Positions 13,083-25,981 of a DNA stretch of 64,000 bases are shown here, piece by piece (the first letter of the stretch is position 1; each line of letters begins with the position of its first letter). Source of the stretch: Squalus acanthias (taxonomy: Eukaryota); NCBI GenBank assembly GCA_030390025.1, contig CM059432.1, positions 123,506,001 through 123,570,000 on the forward strand. Reading direction: 5' to 3'. The notes under the pieces were generated by a model. That model was not told the origin of the DNA. It made no database searches and saw only the letters and a program-made list of their open reading frames with translations. The position numbers were made by a program, and so were the translations under genes.

Positions 13083-13282
13083 GATCTTTTACGTCTACCT
13101 GGGAGAGCAGACAGGGCCTCAGTTTAATGCCTCATCTGAAAGACGGCACCTCCAACAGTGCAGTATTCCTTCAGCACTGCACTCGAGTGTCAGCCTAGAT
13201 TTTTGTGCTCAAGTCCCTGGTGTGAGACTTGAACCCACAACCTTCTGACTCAGAGGCGAGAGTGCTACCCACTGAGCCACAG
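13083..13282 (-). mobile_element. 5' half of tRNA-derived SINE (Deu-domain, SacSINE1-like)
   Basis: Reverse complement matches 46817-47020 (gtggctcagtgggtagcactctc...gggttcaagtc). Confidence 0.8.
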
Positions 13283-16170
13283 TGGAATGATTAATGAAAA
13301 CAAATTAAATTGCCTATACAGCAATGTGCAGAGCATCCAGAACAAAACAGGGGAAATGGAAGCAATAATTTGTAGTGTGGTGTCAGATGTAGTAGGGAGA
13401 ACTGAAACACGGCTTAATAAAGAACAGGACTGGCAGTTAAATATTGCAGGGTATAATGTATTTAGAAAGGATAGGGAAGGAAGAAGGGGGGCGCGGTATC
13501 TGTACTAATTAGAGATAACATAATGGCAATAGAAAAAAGGGACATAACTAACTAATAGATAGAAACAGAATCCATATGGATTGAGATAAAAGATAAGGGA
13601 GTGATCACACTAATAGGGTTATTCTACAGACCACCTAATAGTGGAAGGGAAGTGGAGGATGGAATAGGTAAGCAAATCTACAAAATGAGTAAAATAATTT
13701 ATCATGGGAGATTTCAAACTACCCCCCAAATAAACTGGCATGAAGAGATAGAGAAAGGGAAAAGGGAAGAGAGTTTTTACAGTGTGTTCAGGACTCCTTT
13801 CTTACCCAGTACATAAGAAATCCAACATAAGAGGAATCACTGCTGGATCTAGTAATGGGAAATGAACCAGAGCAGGTAAGAGAAATAAGCATAGGGGAAC
13901 ATCTAGGCAATAGCGATCATATCACAATAAAGTTTAATATAAAGATTGAAAAAGAAATAAGTAAGGCAAAGACCAAAATAATAGATTGGAGAAAAAGCTA
14001 ATTTTGAGGGGATGAAAATGGAACTAGAGAAGGTAAACTGGAAAAAATTACAGACAAAGAGATAGAACAGCAGTGGGAAATATTTAAAAAGGTGATAAAT
14101 AGAATTCAGGAGAAATATATTCTGCTAAAAAAAGAGCAAACTATCCAACAATGAAACATCATGGATGAATAAAGATAAATAAAGAGGGTATAATTTTAAA
14201 GGGGGTGCAAGAAGAGAGAGACCTGGGGGTGTTCATCCACAAATCTTGGAAGGTGGCAGGATAGGTTAACAAAGTAATTAATAAAACAAATGGGATCCTG
14301 GGCTTTATAAATATAGGCATAGAGTACAAAAGTCAGGAAGTTATGCTAAACTTATACAAAACAATAGTTCGGCTGGAGTATTTTGTCCAATTCTGGGCAG
14401 CACACTTTAGGACGGACATGAAGGCCTTGGAGAGGCTACAGAAGAGATTTACTGGAATGTTTCCAGGAATGAGGGATTACAATTATCTGGATGGACTGGA
14501 GAAGCTGGGGTTGTTCTCCTTCGAGCAGAGAAGGCTAAAAGGAGATTTGATAGAGGTGTTTAAAATCATGAAGGGTTTCAATAGAGTAAATAAAGAGAAA
14601 CTGTTTCCAATGGCTAAAGGGTCGATAACCAGAGGGCACAGATTTAAGGTGATTGGCAAAAGAACCAGAGGCGACATGCGGAAAAAATTTTACGCAATGA
14701 TTAGGATTTGGAATGGACTGACTGATAGGGTGGTGGAAACAGATTCAATAGTAGCCTTCAAAAGGGAATTGCATAAAAACATGAAGGAAAAAACATTGCA
14801 GGGATATGGGGGAAGAGTGGGGGAGTGGGACTAACTGGATTGCTCTTCGAAAGAGCCGGTGCAGACTCGATGGGCCGAATGTCCTCCTTCTGTGCTGTAA
14901 TATTCTATTATGATTCTATGATAAAAGGGTAAAATTGAAACTGAAGAAAAAGGCATACAGTACACATTAAAGGAGAGGATGACAAAAGGGAATAGGAAGA
15001 GGTTAGGAAAGGTTCGGAAAGAAGTCACAAAAAATTAGGCAAGCAAAGAGGAACTATGAACTTAAACCATCAAGAAATAAAAAAAGAAATAGTTACGTAT
15101 ACTACATACACATAAATAACAAAACCAAAATCAGGATAGGGATAGAGCCACTAAGGGATGCACAAGATAAACTCACAGGTAATGACAGTGAAATGGGAGA
15201 AATATTGAACAGTTACTTTACCTCAGTATACACCAGGGAGACTATCAAGGTGGACATGACATTCGAAGAAAAGATATAAAGACATTTAAGATAGAAATGG
15301 GGGATATATAAATTCATTCGATAAGATAGTAGTGCAAGAGGACTGACGGACAGCTAATGTGATTCCTATCTTTAAAAAGTGAGATAGAACAAGTCCATGA
15401 AATTATAGACCAGTTAGCTTAACGTCAATGGTAGGAAAGATAATCGAATCTTTACTTAAAGAAGTAATAGAAAAACATCTAGAAACCAAAAATATATTAA
15501 AGGAGTAGTCAGCGCGGATTTCAAAAGGGAAGGTCATGCTCGACGAACCTTATTGAATTCCTTGAAGAAGTAACAGAAAGAGTAGATAAGGGTAATGCAG
15601 TAGCTGTAATATAGTTGGATTTTCAAAAGGCCTTCAATAAGGTACCACATACTAAACTCATGACTAAGGTCAGAGCACGTGGAGTCAAGGAACAAGTAGG
15701 AGAATGGATAGCAAGCTAGATACAAAACAGAAACCAGAGAGTAGGGGTTAAGGGTAGTTACTCACACTGGCAGTAGGGGGGAAGTGGTGTTCCACAGGAT
15801 CGGTGCTGGAACCACTGTTGTTCACAATTTACATAAACAATTTGGACACCAGAATCGGCAGTACAATTTCAAAATTTGCAGATGATACCTGGTGGGGTAG
15901 ATGGGGGGCGGGGGGGCTATAGTTAATACTGAGGAAGACTGCGACAAAATACAATAAGACATTAATAAACCTGCAAAATGGGTGTGTAATTAGCAAATTA
16001 ATTTCAATATAGCTAAGTATGAAAGTAGGAAGAATATGGAAACCACATACTCCTTGGAAAATAAAAGTCTAAATAGGGTAGAGGAGCAAGGGGGTCTAGG
16101 GGATCTAAGGGTACAGATACACACATCACTAAAAGTAGGGATGCAGGTTAATAAGGCCATTAATAAAAAT
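13283..16170 (+). pseudogene. Old degenerate CR1 ORF2 (APE endonuclease + RT)
   Basis: LNCLYSNVQSIQNK, GYNVFRKDR, GLFYRPP, LLDLV, LGNSDH, GVPQGSVL and SKFADD motifs with many stops. Confidence 0.85.
14180..14921 (+). mobile_element. CR1 3' fragment nested in the older CR1
   Basis: ORF 14343-14834 (LYKTIVRLEY..QFW..RRLKGDLIEVFKI..TRGH) and tail tattctattatgattctatg. Confidence 0.85.
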
Positions 16171-16199
16171 AATTGTAGGAGCTTGTGCATAGGAAAACA

Positions 16200-16680
16200 G
16201 CATTCTCTGAAGGTTGTAGGGCTGGAGGAGGTTACGGAGATAGGGAGGGGCATGGCCATGGAGGGATTTGAACTTGAAGATGAGAATTTTAAAATTGAGG
16301 CATTGGTGGACCGAGAGCCAATGTAGGTCATCAAGCACAGGTGGGATGGGTGAACAGGACTTGATGCGAGTAAGGATACAGGCAGCAGAGGTTTGGATTA
16401 ACCAAAGTTTACGGAGAGTGGAAGATGGGAGGGCGGCTAGGAAAGCATTGGAATAGTCGAGTCTGGAAGTAACAATGGATAAGGTTTTCAGCTGCAGAAG
16501 GGCTGAGGCAGTGGCAGAGATGGGCGATGTTACGGAGATAGACGTATGCAGTCTTGGTGATGGAGAGGATATGGGGTCAGGACTCTCAGCTCAGGGACAA
16601 ATAGGACACTGAGGTTGCAAACAGTCTGTTTCAGCCTGAGACAGTGGGTAGGGAGGGGGATGGAATTGGTGTCTTTGGGA
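16200..16680 (-). mobile_element. L2 LINE fragment
   Basis: LDDLHWLSVHQCLNFKILI..FKSLHGHAPPYL is the L2 ORF2 C-terminal signature. Confidence 0.85.
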
Positions 16681-17465
16681 CCCGAGTGTCTGCTCCCCAG
16701 CAATGACCACCACAGGTATCTATCCTGGAACTCTCCTGGAGGCCCTTCCTGGATCCCAGTATGATCTGGACCTGTGCTTCATGCTAGATCCCAATGTTGT
16801 CATCAGAATATTCTCTCCATCAAACATGACAATTGCGTCAAGCCCTTTTGCTTGGAGCAAGATTCATATTTCAGAAAATGCCAAGCAACAAAGTGAACAG
16901 GTGCTGGATTTGGAAGGATTCAAGACATCGCCACAAATTTTGAAAGTAGAAGCTGGCACTGACCAGAGGTCAAAGATGAGATGACTGGAACAATACTGAC
17001 TGACTAGGCCCCAGTGAGTCCACACTGAGATGTGGGAATTTATCGATTGAGAAAGATGCCACTAATGTCTAAGCAAAAGTAAAACATTGCCAAAAATAAC
17101 TCCTACGGGGTTATTAGTACACTGTAGTTCACTGTAAATTATGATTTTCAGTGAAAATAAATGGTAATGAAACAAATTTTCCAGTGTGGGTAAAATAACA
17201 GTTGAGGCTTCTGTCAACAGTGGAAGAGAAAGAATGGGGCATCATACAATACAGACACAAGAGTGAGGGAGGTTACCTAACCAAAATGGCAGCACAATAG
17301 TACAAATTTCTTGAAAGGGAGTGCCCCTACGTGATCTTCCTACACCCCAGCACAGCACAAGTAGTTTGGTAGCATGCAAAGATTGAACAAATAAAGGAGA
17401 ATTAATACTAAATGCCTGCATTGACTTATGTGTCTGTCAAAGATTATATTGATAATTCTGTGTCT

Positions 17466-19145
17466 TGTAGAATTCGCAATATAATCACGATTTTATAAAT
17501 AAGGAGAAAACACATAGTTTCGTTCAAACAGCTTTATTTCAGCAGAATGCTGTCAGGTTTTCAAAGTGGACACAAGCAGCCTGTAAAATGGCCGCCACGC
17601 CTCGTGGCAGAACATTCTAGACTTTTCGATAAGCAGACAAGATGGCGTTCCAATAAACATTTGTGCGAGATCGATCAAGACTCAGCACATTTGAGATAAT
17701 ACACGAGACATAATGGGTTGGCAGTATACACATAAATACTGGAATCGGTCTCCCAGGTGCGAATAAGGGCTATTGTACCAAGCGATCAAGAACCCATCCA
17801 AGGACATTAATATGCAAAATCCCCACGACTCTACGATGAGAGAGCCGTTCACGGGTAGTTACAGAAAACATTTGGAAGCCCCAAAAAACCCCTCCAGGGA
17901 GAATACCGACCGGTTACACATTGGAAAAGTATTAACAGGTACTCAGACAGTTACGAGTATCCCCGAAACCCATTAAAACGGAGATCACCCTATACAAGAA
18001 ATTTGAGCGCCAAAACCCTAACAAAAGAAAAGACATTAAGGTTGGGCGGGAAAAGAAGAGTTTTAGCACTATAACTGTAAGCTACAACCGTCCATCTCTC
18101 TCTTGACTCTTGTTGTTCGCTCGCCGTCTTGTTCCTGCCTCTTGACTCTTATTCTCCTGCCTCTTGCCGCTTGCATCGTGTCTCTGCCTCTTGCAGCTTT
18201 TAAAGACTGTTGAACTTTACGATCCGCCAGGATCAGCCTCGTGGCTTGCCGCGAAGATCTGTGTGGAACTGGGCTGTGAAGCCTTGAAACGGGCACACCA
18301 TCCCGAGAAGTCGGTAAACGGTGTTGGCACCGAAGGCCCGAGATGAGATGAGATGAGATGAGATGAGATGAGAAGAGAAGAAGACGACAATACATATCGT
18401 CACGGTGAGTAAGCCCCGACCGCGCTCGATAAATCGGTAACTGCTACCCAACTGGCATCGGAAGACTATTCTTCGAATTTTATCGCATCAGTGCGAGGGC
18501 ACAGGAAGACTCTTCTTTGAGTAGTATCGGAACTCCGAGGACAACACAGATCTTCATGACAGCAGACGGTCCAGCCTGCTAGCCGGAGCAGAAACGAGTA
18601 AACAAGTGGGGTACAGAGACCCCTGATCAACACGTGGGTGATCAGGTGCTGCGGTGAAAAACATCCGATCAGAGTTTTCGGAATTCTCCGAGTTATCACG
18701 AGTGGTGAGCATGAGTCTCGATCCTACAAATCTAGTTTAGAGCAGGTATTGATAGGGGAGGGTTTTAAGTTTTAAGGATAATTGTAATGTGTGCCCCCAT
18801 TTACGATGTGTCGTTCGTTCCTCGTTTCCCTGAAATTAGTTACATAACTGCGTGTAAGATTGTACTGTCATTAATCTGTGCTTATGACATGTATTTCGTA
18901 ATCTTGAATAATATGCAATAAAGATTTTCCATTTCGTACCATTCAACCGGGTCTACCTGAGTTTTCTCTCCATTATTGCTCTCGCATCTAAGTCCAGTGT
19001 CAGAACCGTAAGGGCGAGTGGGTCGAACCACTCACAGGTGTCTAGTGCTCCCAGACTGGCAGGAGACCAGAACAGGCAACAAGGCCTAACCTCGCACTAG
19101 CACCCAGGCTGAGCACAGAGCCACACGGGTCAGGAAACCCTTACA
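17466..19145 (+). mobile_element. Solo LTR, 1680 bp, with 4-bp TSD
   Basis: TGTA...TACA termini flanked by gtct (17462-17465 and 19146-19149); GC box ~18044, TATAA 18070, AATAAA 18917-18922, YY1-like aaaatggcc and aagatggcg in U3. Confidence 0.85.
18340..18372. repeat. (GAGAT)n pentanucleotide microsatellite inside the LTR
   Basis: gagatgagatgagatgagatgagatgagatgag. Confidence 0.95.
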
Positions 19146-19164
19146 GTCTGTCAAAAATTATAAT

Positions 19165-19647
19165 GGGCAGGAAGCAGCTGCCAGTGTGCCAAAATTCCGA
19201 CAGTTCTTGGCTGCCCAGCGGCACTCAGGTAAGTGTGATGGGTGGGGGGTGGCGGTACAGGTGGGGGGAGGGTAATTCGGGGCTAGAGACGCCAAAACTT
19301 TCCTTGTGGGACCCAGAGTAGCAGTCCCTCAAATGGTCTCTTCTGCTTCCGATCCTCTTCTCACTTGAATTACTTTGGTGGGGGGCGGGGGAAACTGCAG
19401 AAGCTTCCACCTTCAGATCAAAGTCAGGCACTGCTGATGTCATCAGATCCCCAAGCTGCATATTTAAAGAAGGGCCCCGCTCGTCTTCACACAGGTGCCT
19501 TAGCCGCCTGCTCAGAAGAGCAGGTTAACATTGAAGACGATGGAACCAGGCAGGACATCAGCAGCTAAGCCACCTGGTCAATTTTAACTGTCGACCTGCC
19601 CAGATTCCCCCGGTTTCTGCCAGGTGAGTAGGGTTAAAATCACCTCC
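19165..19647. mobile_element. Harbinger-like MITE remnant
   Basis: GC-rich; right end gggttaaaatcacctcc is TIR-like. Confidence 0.4.
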
Positions 19648-20370
19648 AAAAGTGTCCAAAGGTGTGTTTGGGAAATACTAGTAATGAACTCAAAAGATAG
19701 TTCTACGGAAGGACCATGACTCCATTTTGAAATGTTTCTCTGCAAATACAAGGCACCCAGTGCTGAGATATTACAGGAATTAGAGAGTAAAACTTGAGAC
19801 ATTAGCATTTTCAAGTAATAAAACCATTATTCATGTTGAAGTCCATAAGCTTCATGAAAAACTTTTACAACAAAGCATTGTAAAAAACAGCTAGGTTTCA
19901 TCACGTAATAATTGTTTCTTTATAGACAAATAATTGCCTGTTTCTTACCGAGATAAGCAGACTTGCACGTTCTCCTTCAATAATGCAGGAGCCCATGGCA
20001 AGACCATTAATTTTATAGTCTTTCCATTAAAGTGGAGACTTTTATACATTATAAAGTAGATCTCCGGTGCAGCTCTACATGAAGATATTGCTGACTGTAC
20101 TGTACAGGCTTCAGTACAATTTGTACAAGAAGACTGAGATCTATTCATTTATGCACAAGGTTCATTTTAGCCAACTTGACAGCAGCTGAGTAAAATGGGG
20201 AAGAGTGCAGCCCCAGAAATAAAAGATCTAAGCCTTTCTCCCACCAATAGATGCGAGAGGCACGGAAGAACCGTCTGACCAATGGCCAAAATCCCTGAGA
20301 CCTCACTGAGGGAGGCATTGTACTAAGTAGGAGAGCAAGTGGAAAGATCCTGCAGAATGCAGGCACATAG

Positions 20371-20790
20371 AGGGTTGTGGATGCTCAGTCGTTGAGTATA
20401 TTCAAGGCAGAGATCGACAGATTTTTGGATATTAAGGGAATCCAGGGATATCAGGATAGTGCAGGAAAGTGGAGATGAGGTATAAGATCAGCCATGATCT
20501 TATTGAATGGCGGAGCAGGCTCGAAGGGCCGAATGGCCTACTCCTGCTCCTATTTCTTAATATAGGAACAGGAGTCGGTCATTCATCCCCTCGAGCCTGT
20601 TCCACCATTTAATTAAATCATGGCTGACTTGTACCTCAACCTACCTGCCTTTGATCCATATCCCTTACCTAATAAAAATCTGTCGCTCACAGTCTTGAAA
20701 ATTTCAATTGACCCAGAGTGAAAGTGATTACAGATATTTTGCCACACTCCAGGGGTTGAATGACCTACTCCTGTTCCTATGTTCCTACAT
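20371..20790. mobile_element. Cluster of CR1 3' ends (+ 20371-20558, - 20562-20715, + 20748-20788)
   Basis: CR1 terminal module gatcagccatgatcttattgaatggcggagcagg...cctactcctgctcct in both orientations. Confidence 0.85.
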
Positions 20791-21609
20791 TCTGCAGGAT
20801 CCTTCCACTCGAAGGGCTTCCCACCACAACAGAAGGGAACCTTGCAGACCCCAGGATGGTGAAGCTTGCCACAAAGGGCAAGTGAGAGACGGATGGTCGG
20901 ACAGTGCACTGTCATTATTAAATGTAAATGCATGTATGCTTTCTGCATCAAAATGATATTCTGAAGATCTGGTTGAACTGCAGTAATCTACTTGTACATG
21001 TCCTGTCACAGAAAACAAATCTCGTCCATCATCTGCCTGTCATTCTCTTAATCCCCTGCATGGCACCCAAGCAAGTGAGTATCGCTGTTTATTTCAATGA
21101 CTGCTTCATTGACTGACAAGTATATAAAAAAACACTGCAATTAGCATTCATTCATTAGTATCTGTGATGCCAATATGAATGAATATCACTGCAGCAGTGT
21201 AATCCTCGACTGCTGTCTCACTTATACAACAACTGATAATAACCCTTATGAAGCTTGACACACAGCAGTGACACGGACATTGCTACTAATATAAATGTCC
21301 TTTAATTAGAACAGTTTCTTTCTGACATCTTAAAGTTGAACACTGCTGAAGTGATTCAAAAGAACTATAGAAGCATTCAAAGAATTAATGATAATTGCGG
21401 ACAATTTTCTACATGGAAGAACTGAGAAAGAACCCAAGCCGCTTAGGATATGATTGTACGTGCGGAAGATATCAACTATGTTTATGACAGCAGCCATGCC
21501 TTAATACAGGTTAGAGTCAAGGAAATATCCTTTCCTTTGTTTTATCTTCTTTCCCTCCTCTACTGCAAGTGCTTACATGCTGAATATAGTTGGCACAGGC
21601 ACTGTCAAA

Positions 21610-21915
21610 TACCTTACTAGAGTGCTCACGTGCGAGCGCAAACGATAAATAGTGGTCGGCTATTCAACCATGGGGGCCATCTTGGCCAAAAACACTTTCC
21701 AGTAAGAGGCATCCATATAATCCGCGCTTTCCAATGGAATACGTGATGGGAATCTTGGGCGTTTTCTCCTCCTTGATTCGCTGAGGCTAATTTTAGTGCT
21801 CCCATCACTGTCTTGCTGAAGTTCAGCTAACTCCGCATAAACCAGTGATCAAACCCAGACTTTCCTGGTCTGTATGGCGGAGTTCCACACCCAGCAGTTT
21901 ACTTACCAGTTGAAG
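21610..21915 (-). mobile_element. Ancient tRNA-derived SINE (possibly AmnSINE2-like); related copies ~23170-23525, 30910-31090 and 57260-57535
   Basis: Shared minus-strand motif ccatacagaccaggaa..ggttt/cgatc..tgagttagctga(t)ct in several copies; family name tentative. Confidence 0.55.
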
Positions 21916-22127
21916 CAGTTTGGCCATCAAGTATCAGCTCAAACACTCCCATGGCCAAATTCAGGGTAAAGCTCCGTTTACCGTGCTCCAAAAACAAGCC
22001 TTAACCCCAAGCCTCACTCTTCAATGCCCACTAACCAGCATGATTACTCTATTTCACACAGAAGCCTGAGTGAAATGATCAAATTAGTGCTAGCTTGTGG
22101 ATAGTTTTATGCTGTTGGTCTGCATGC

Positions 22128-22410
22128 TCTCTCAGGTGGACGTAAAAGGTCCCATGGCACTATTTTGAAGAAGAGTAGGGGAGTTACCCCAGTGTTCTGG
22201 CCAATATTTATCCCTCAATCAACATAACAAAAACAGATTATCTGGTCATTATCACATTGCTGTCTGTGGGAGTTTGCTGTGCGCAGATTGGCTGCCGTGT
22301 TTCCCACATTACAACAGTGACTACACTTCATAAGTATTTCATTGGCTGTAAAGCGCGTTGGGACGTCCGGTGGTTGTGAAAGGCGCTATAGAAATGCAAG
22401 TCTTTATTTC
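22128..22410 (+). mobile_element. 3' part of Deu-type SINE with L2-like tail
   Basis: Matches 46995-47275. Confidence 0.85.
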
Positions 22411-23039
22411 TTTTATCTGCTGGGACCTAGTTTTGAGATTGCTCAAACCCATTCTAATCATCAGAGAGACACAGTCTCAGAAAACTAGAGATCCTGCTCC
22501 ACCACTTAGTTACGCATCTGACCCCTTCAGAATTTCTGCAACTGGGGAACCCACTTGGGAGGAAGTGGGCTGCGGGGGGAGGGGTGGGGTGGGATGTTCC
22601 AGAAATTGCAGTATTTCCATGTTTCTGTGGAGATGTACCCCAGCAGATCCTGCAGAAGAAATAAAAACTAGCATAAGTTTGGCCTTATTTCATACAAGCC
22701 ACTTTCCTAAAAATGTTGATTGCTTTGCCGTAAATAATCTTGTGGGCCCCACTTCTGTGCTCTTTAAAGTTCTGTACACTGCTTCTTGCAATATGTACAA
22801 TATGTTGTGGGCACCAGAGGCAGCACTGATTCTATCTGTGATGCCAGTTTACAAGACGGTGGATGCAACAACCATTCCCCCAACCTCCAGAGCTTCTCAA
22901 GAGGGGCAGAGACCCTCCAAAGCCAGGACCTGCCCCAAAATCTGTCTCCCCCTCGCCGCCCCCCCCCCCCACCCCCGCCCTGTGACTGCACCCAAATCCA
23001 CCTAAAACATCATGGATTTCGGGCTCATGGTCTTCAATT

Positions 23040-23135
23040 ATTAGAGAGTAGATTTTCATCGAATCAGTCTAGCCTGCATTTGAGATGAGGTCCCAGAGGT
23101 GAAAGGACAGTACAGTAACCCACTAAATCACCCAG
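23040..23135 (-). mobile_element. LF-SINE-like 5' head remnant
   Basis: Minus strand tgatttagtgggtta...cctttcacctctgggacc resembles the LF-SINE tRNA head. Confidence 0.45.
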
Positions 23136-25981
23136 TTACTGTTCATTAGCTGTCATTTACTCCCCTTCTAAAGGCAGCGACTCATTCTAGATTAAGTTTC
23201 ACAGCTGTCAGACACTCTGGTACCTCATCTAAGTAACCATTCTTTATATGCAAGTCTGGAAAGTGAGCATTGGCAGGCTATTTGAATAGGCGGGGGGGGA
23301 AACACCATAACTGAGCCCAAAGCTGTCTTCACCGATTACATACACATACCCCAGAACTTACCATGGGACAACTATCAGGTTCAGGATTCCTTGCTCAGCT
23401 TTCCCCTCCCTAGTCCAGAGACGCGGGAAATGCCTGACATCCACCCAGCTAAGATCAGCTTAATCAGCACGAACTGGCGATCAAATTCTGTATCACGCGG
23501 TATCATACCATGCACCTCCGATCCATTAGGGGCAAATTCCAAGGCCGCTTAATGCACAATTGCATTGTTTTCCCAAAACATGATCTTTGCATTGTTGTTT
23601 TTTTCTTGGAAATTTTGAACAAAGTGTTCTGAGCTCTTCAGAAGAAAGCGACCACTTGCTGGAGCGCCAGGCACTCTCTGGTATTTTGGCCAAGCGCCCA
23701 TGTGTGAGCTTTGACAACATCTCAGGAGGCTATGGAAAGCATCATGGCCAAGCCTGATCCTGTCATAGGAACAGGATTAGGCCATTCAGCCCCTCAAACC
23801 TGTTCCATCATTCAATTAGTTAATGACTGATCTGTATCTTAACTCCGTCTACTCATCTTGGTTCCGTAACCCTTAATACCCTTGCCTAACAAAAATCTAT
23901 CAATCTCAGTTTTTAAATTTTCAATTAATAGCCTCAGCAGCTTTTTGGGGGAGAGAGTTCCAGATTTCCTCTACCCTTTGTGTGAAGAAGTGCTTCCTGA
24001 CATCACCCCTAAATGGCCGAGCTCTAATTGTAAGGTTACGCCCGCTTGTTCTGGACTCCCCCCACCAGAGGAAATAGTTTCTCTCTATCTACCCTATCAG
24101 CTCCTTTAATCACCTTAAACACCTCAATTAGATCACCCCTTAATCTTCTATACTCAAGGGAATACAAGCCTAGTCTATGAAACCTGTCCTCATAATTTAA
24201 CCCTTTTAGTCCCAGTATCGTTCTGGTGAATCTGGGCTGCACCCCCTCCAAGGCCAATATATCCTTCCCGAGATGTGGTGCCCAGAACTGACTACAATAC
24301 TCTAAATGCAGTTTAACCAGAGCATTATATAACTGTAACATAATTTCCACCCCTTTGTATTTCAGCCCCCTTGAGATGAAAGCTAACATTCCATTAGCCT
24401 TTTTAATTATTTTTTGTACCTGTCCACTAGCTTTTCATGATTTCTATACTTGGACCCCTAAATCGTTCTGCTCCTCCATAGTTCCTAGCTTCTAGCCATT
24501 TAGAGAATATTCTGATCTATCTTTCTGAAGCCCAAAGTAGATGACCTCACACTTCCCCACAATGAACTCCATCTGCCACAGTTTTGCCCACTCACTTTAT
24601 CAATGTCCCTTTGCAACTTTCTGCTTCCCATCTACACTACTTACAGTGCTATGTAACTTAGTGTCTTCAGCAAACTTGGATATACTGCTCTCTATTCCCT
24701 CATCTAAGTCATTGATAAATATAGTGAAAAGCTGAGGTCCCAGTACAGATCCCTGGGGGACATCATTAATCACAACCTGCCAACTGAAATATATACCCAT
24801 TATCTCTACTCTCTGTTTCCAAGCTCCTAACCAATTCCCTATCCACGTCAAGAGATTACCTTCAATTCCATGTGCTCTCATTTTTGTTCCCAGTCTCTTA
24901 TGTGGAACCTTATAAAATGCCTTCTGGAAGTCCATGTAAATAGCATCCATAGACACTCCCTTATCTACCACGTTAACGGGGATATGGGGATAGGGATGGA
25001 AAATGGAGTTGATGTAGATGATCAGCCATGATCTTATTGAATGGTGGAGCAGGCTTGCGGGGCGGTATGGCCTACTCCTGCTCCTATTTCTTATTTTCTT
25101 ATGTTCTTAATTTCCTCCTCAAAAAATTCAATTAGGTTTGTTAGACATGACTTAACCATTACAAATCCATGCTGGCTCTCTGATCAGTTCATATTTGTCC
25201 AAGTGCTCAGTCACTCTGTCCCTCATAACAGATTCTAGTAGCTTCCCCACAACAGATGTTAGACTAATAGGCCTATAATTTCCTAGTTTATGTTTCTTAT
25301 CCTTCTCAAATAATGGAGTGACATTGGCAATTTTCCAATCCAGGAGAACAATTCCTGAATCAAGAGTGTTTTGGAAGATCATGACAAGAGCATCTATAGA
25401 TTCCTCACCTACTACTTTCAATGCCCTGGAGTGGAATCTATCAGGTCCTGAAGATTTGTCTATCTTTAGTCTCATTATTTTCTCCATTACCATTTTTTTA
25501 TTTATATTAAATATAGTTAGTTCCTCCACTTGATTTATTTTTAGTTCTCCTTGTATCTCTGGTACTTTATCCTCATCCTCTACTGTGAAGACCGATACAA
25601 AGGTAAGTATTTAGCCAGTCTGCCATTTCCTGATTTTCAATTACAAAATCACCTCTATCTGTCTTTAAGGGGCCCACATTACTCTTAGCCACCCTCTTTC
25701 TCTTAATATACTTGTAAAAACCTTTAGTGTTGTCCTTGATATCCTACACAAGTATTCTCTCATATTCCCTTTTTGCTTTGTATCCCTCTGTCATTCTTTA
25801 TATCTCCCCCAGACATCTCCTCTTGGGATCTCTACTGTTCTTTGCATTCAAAGAGTCATAGAGTCATAACGGCACAGAAGGAGGCCATTCGGCCCATCGA
25901 GTCCATGCCGGCTCTCTGTAGAGCAATCCAGTCAGTCCCATTCCCCCGCTCTATCCCCGTAGCCCTGCAAGTTTATTTCCC

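Noticed and set aside
16703..16984. 93-aa ORF as a possible continuation of the LTR element interior
   Set aside because: No gag, pol or env motifs and no second LTR or PBS nearby.
22358..23005. 215-aa ORF
   Set aside because: Starts inside a SINE tail, crosses low-complexity G/C runs and has no recognisable domain; probably a chance ORF.
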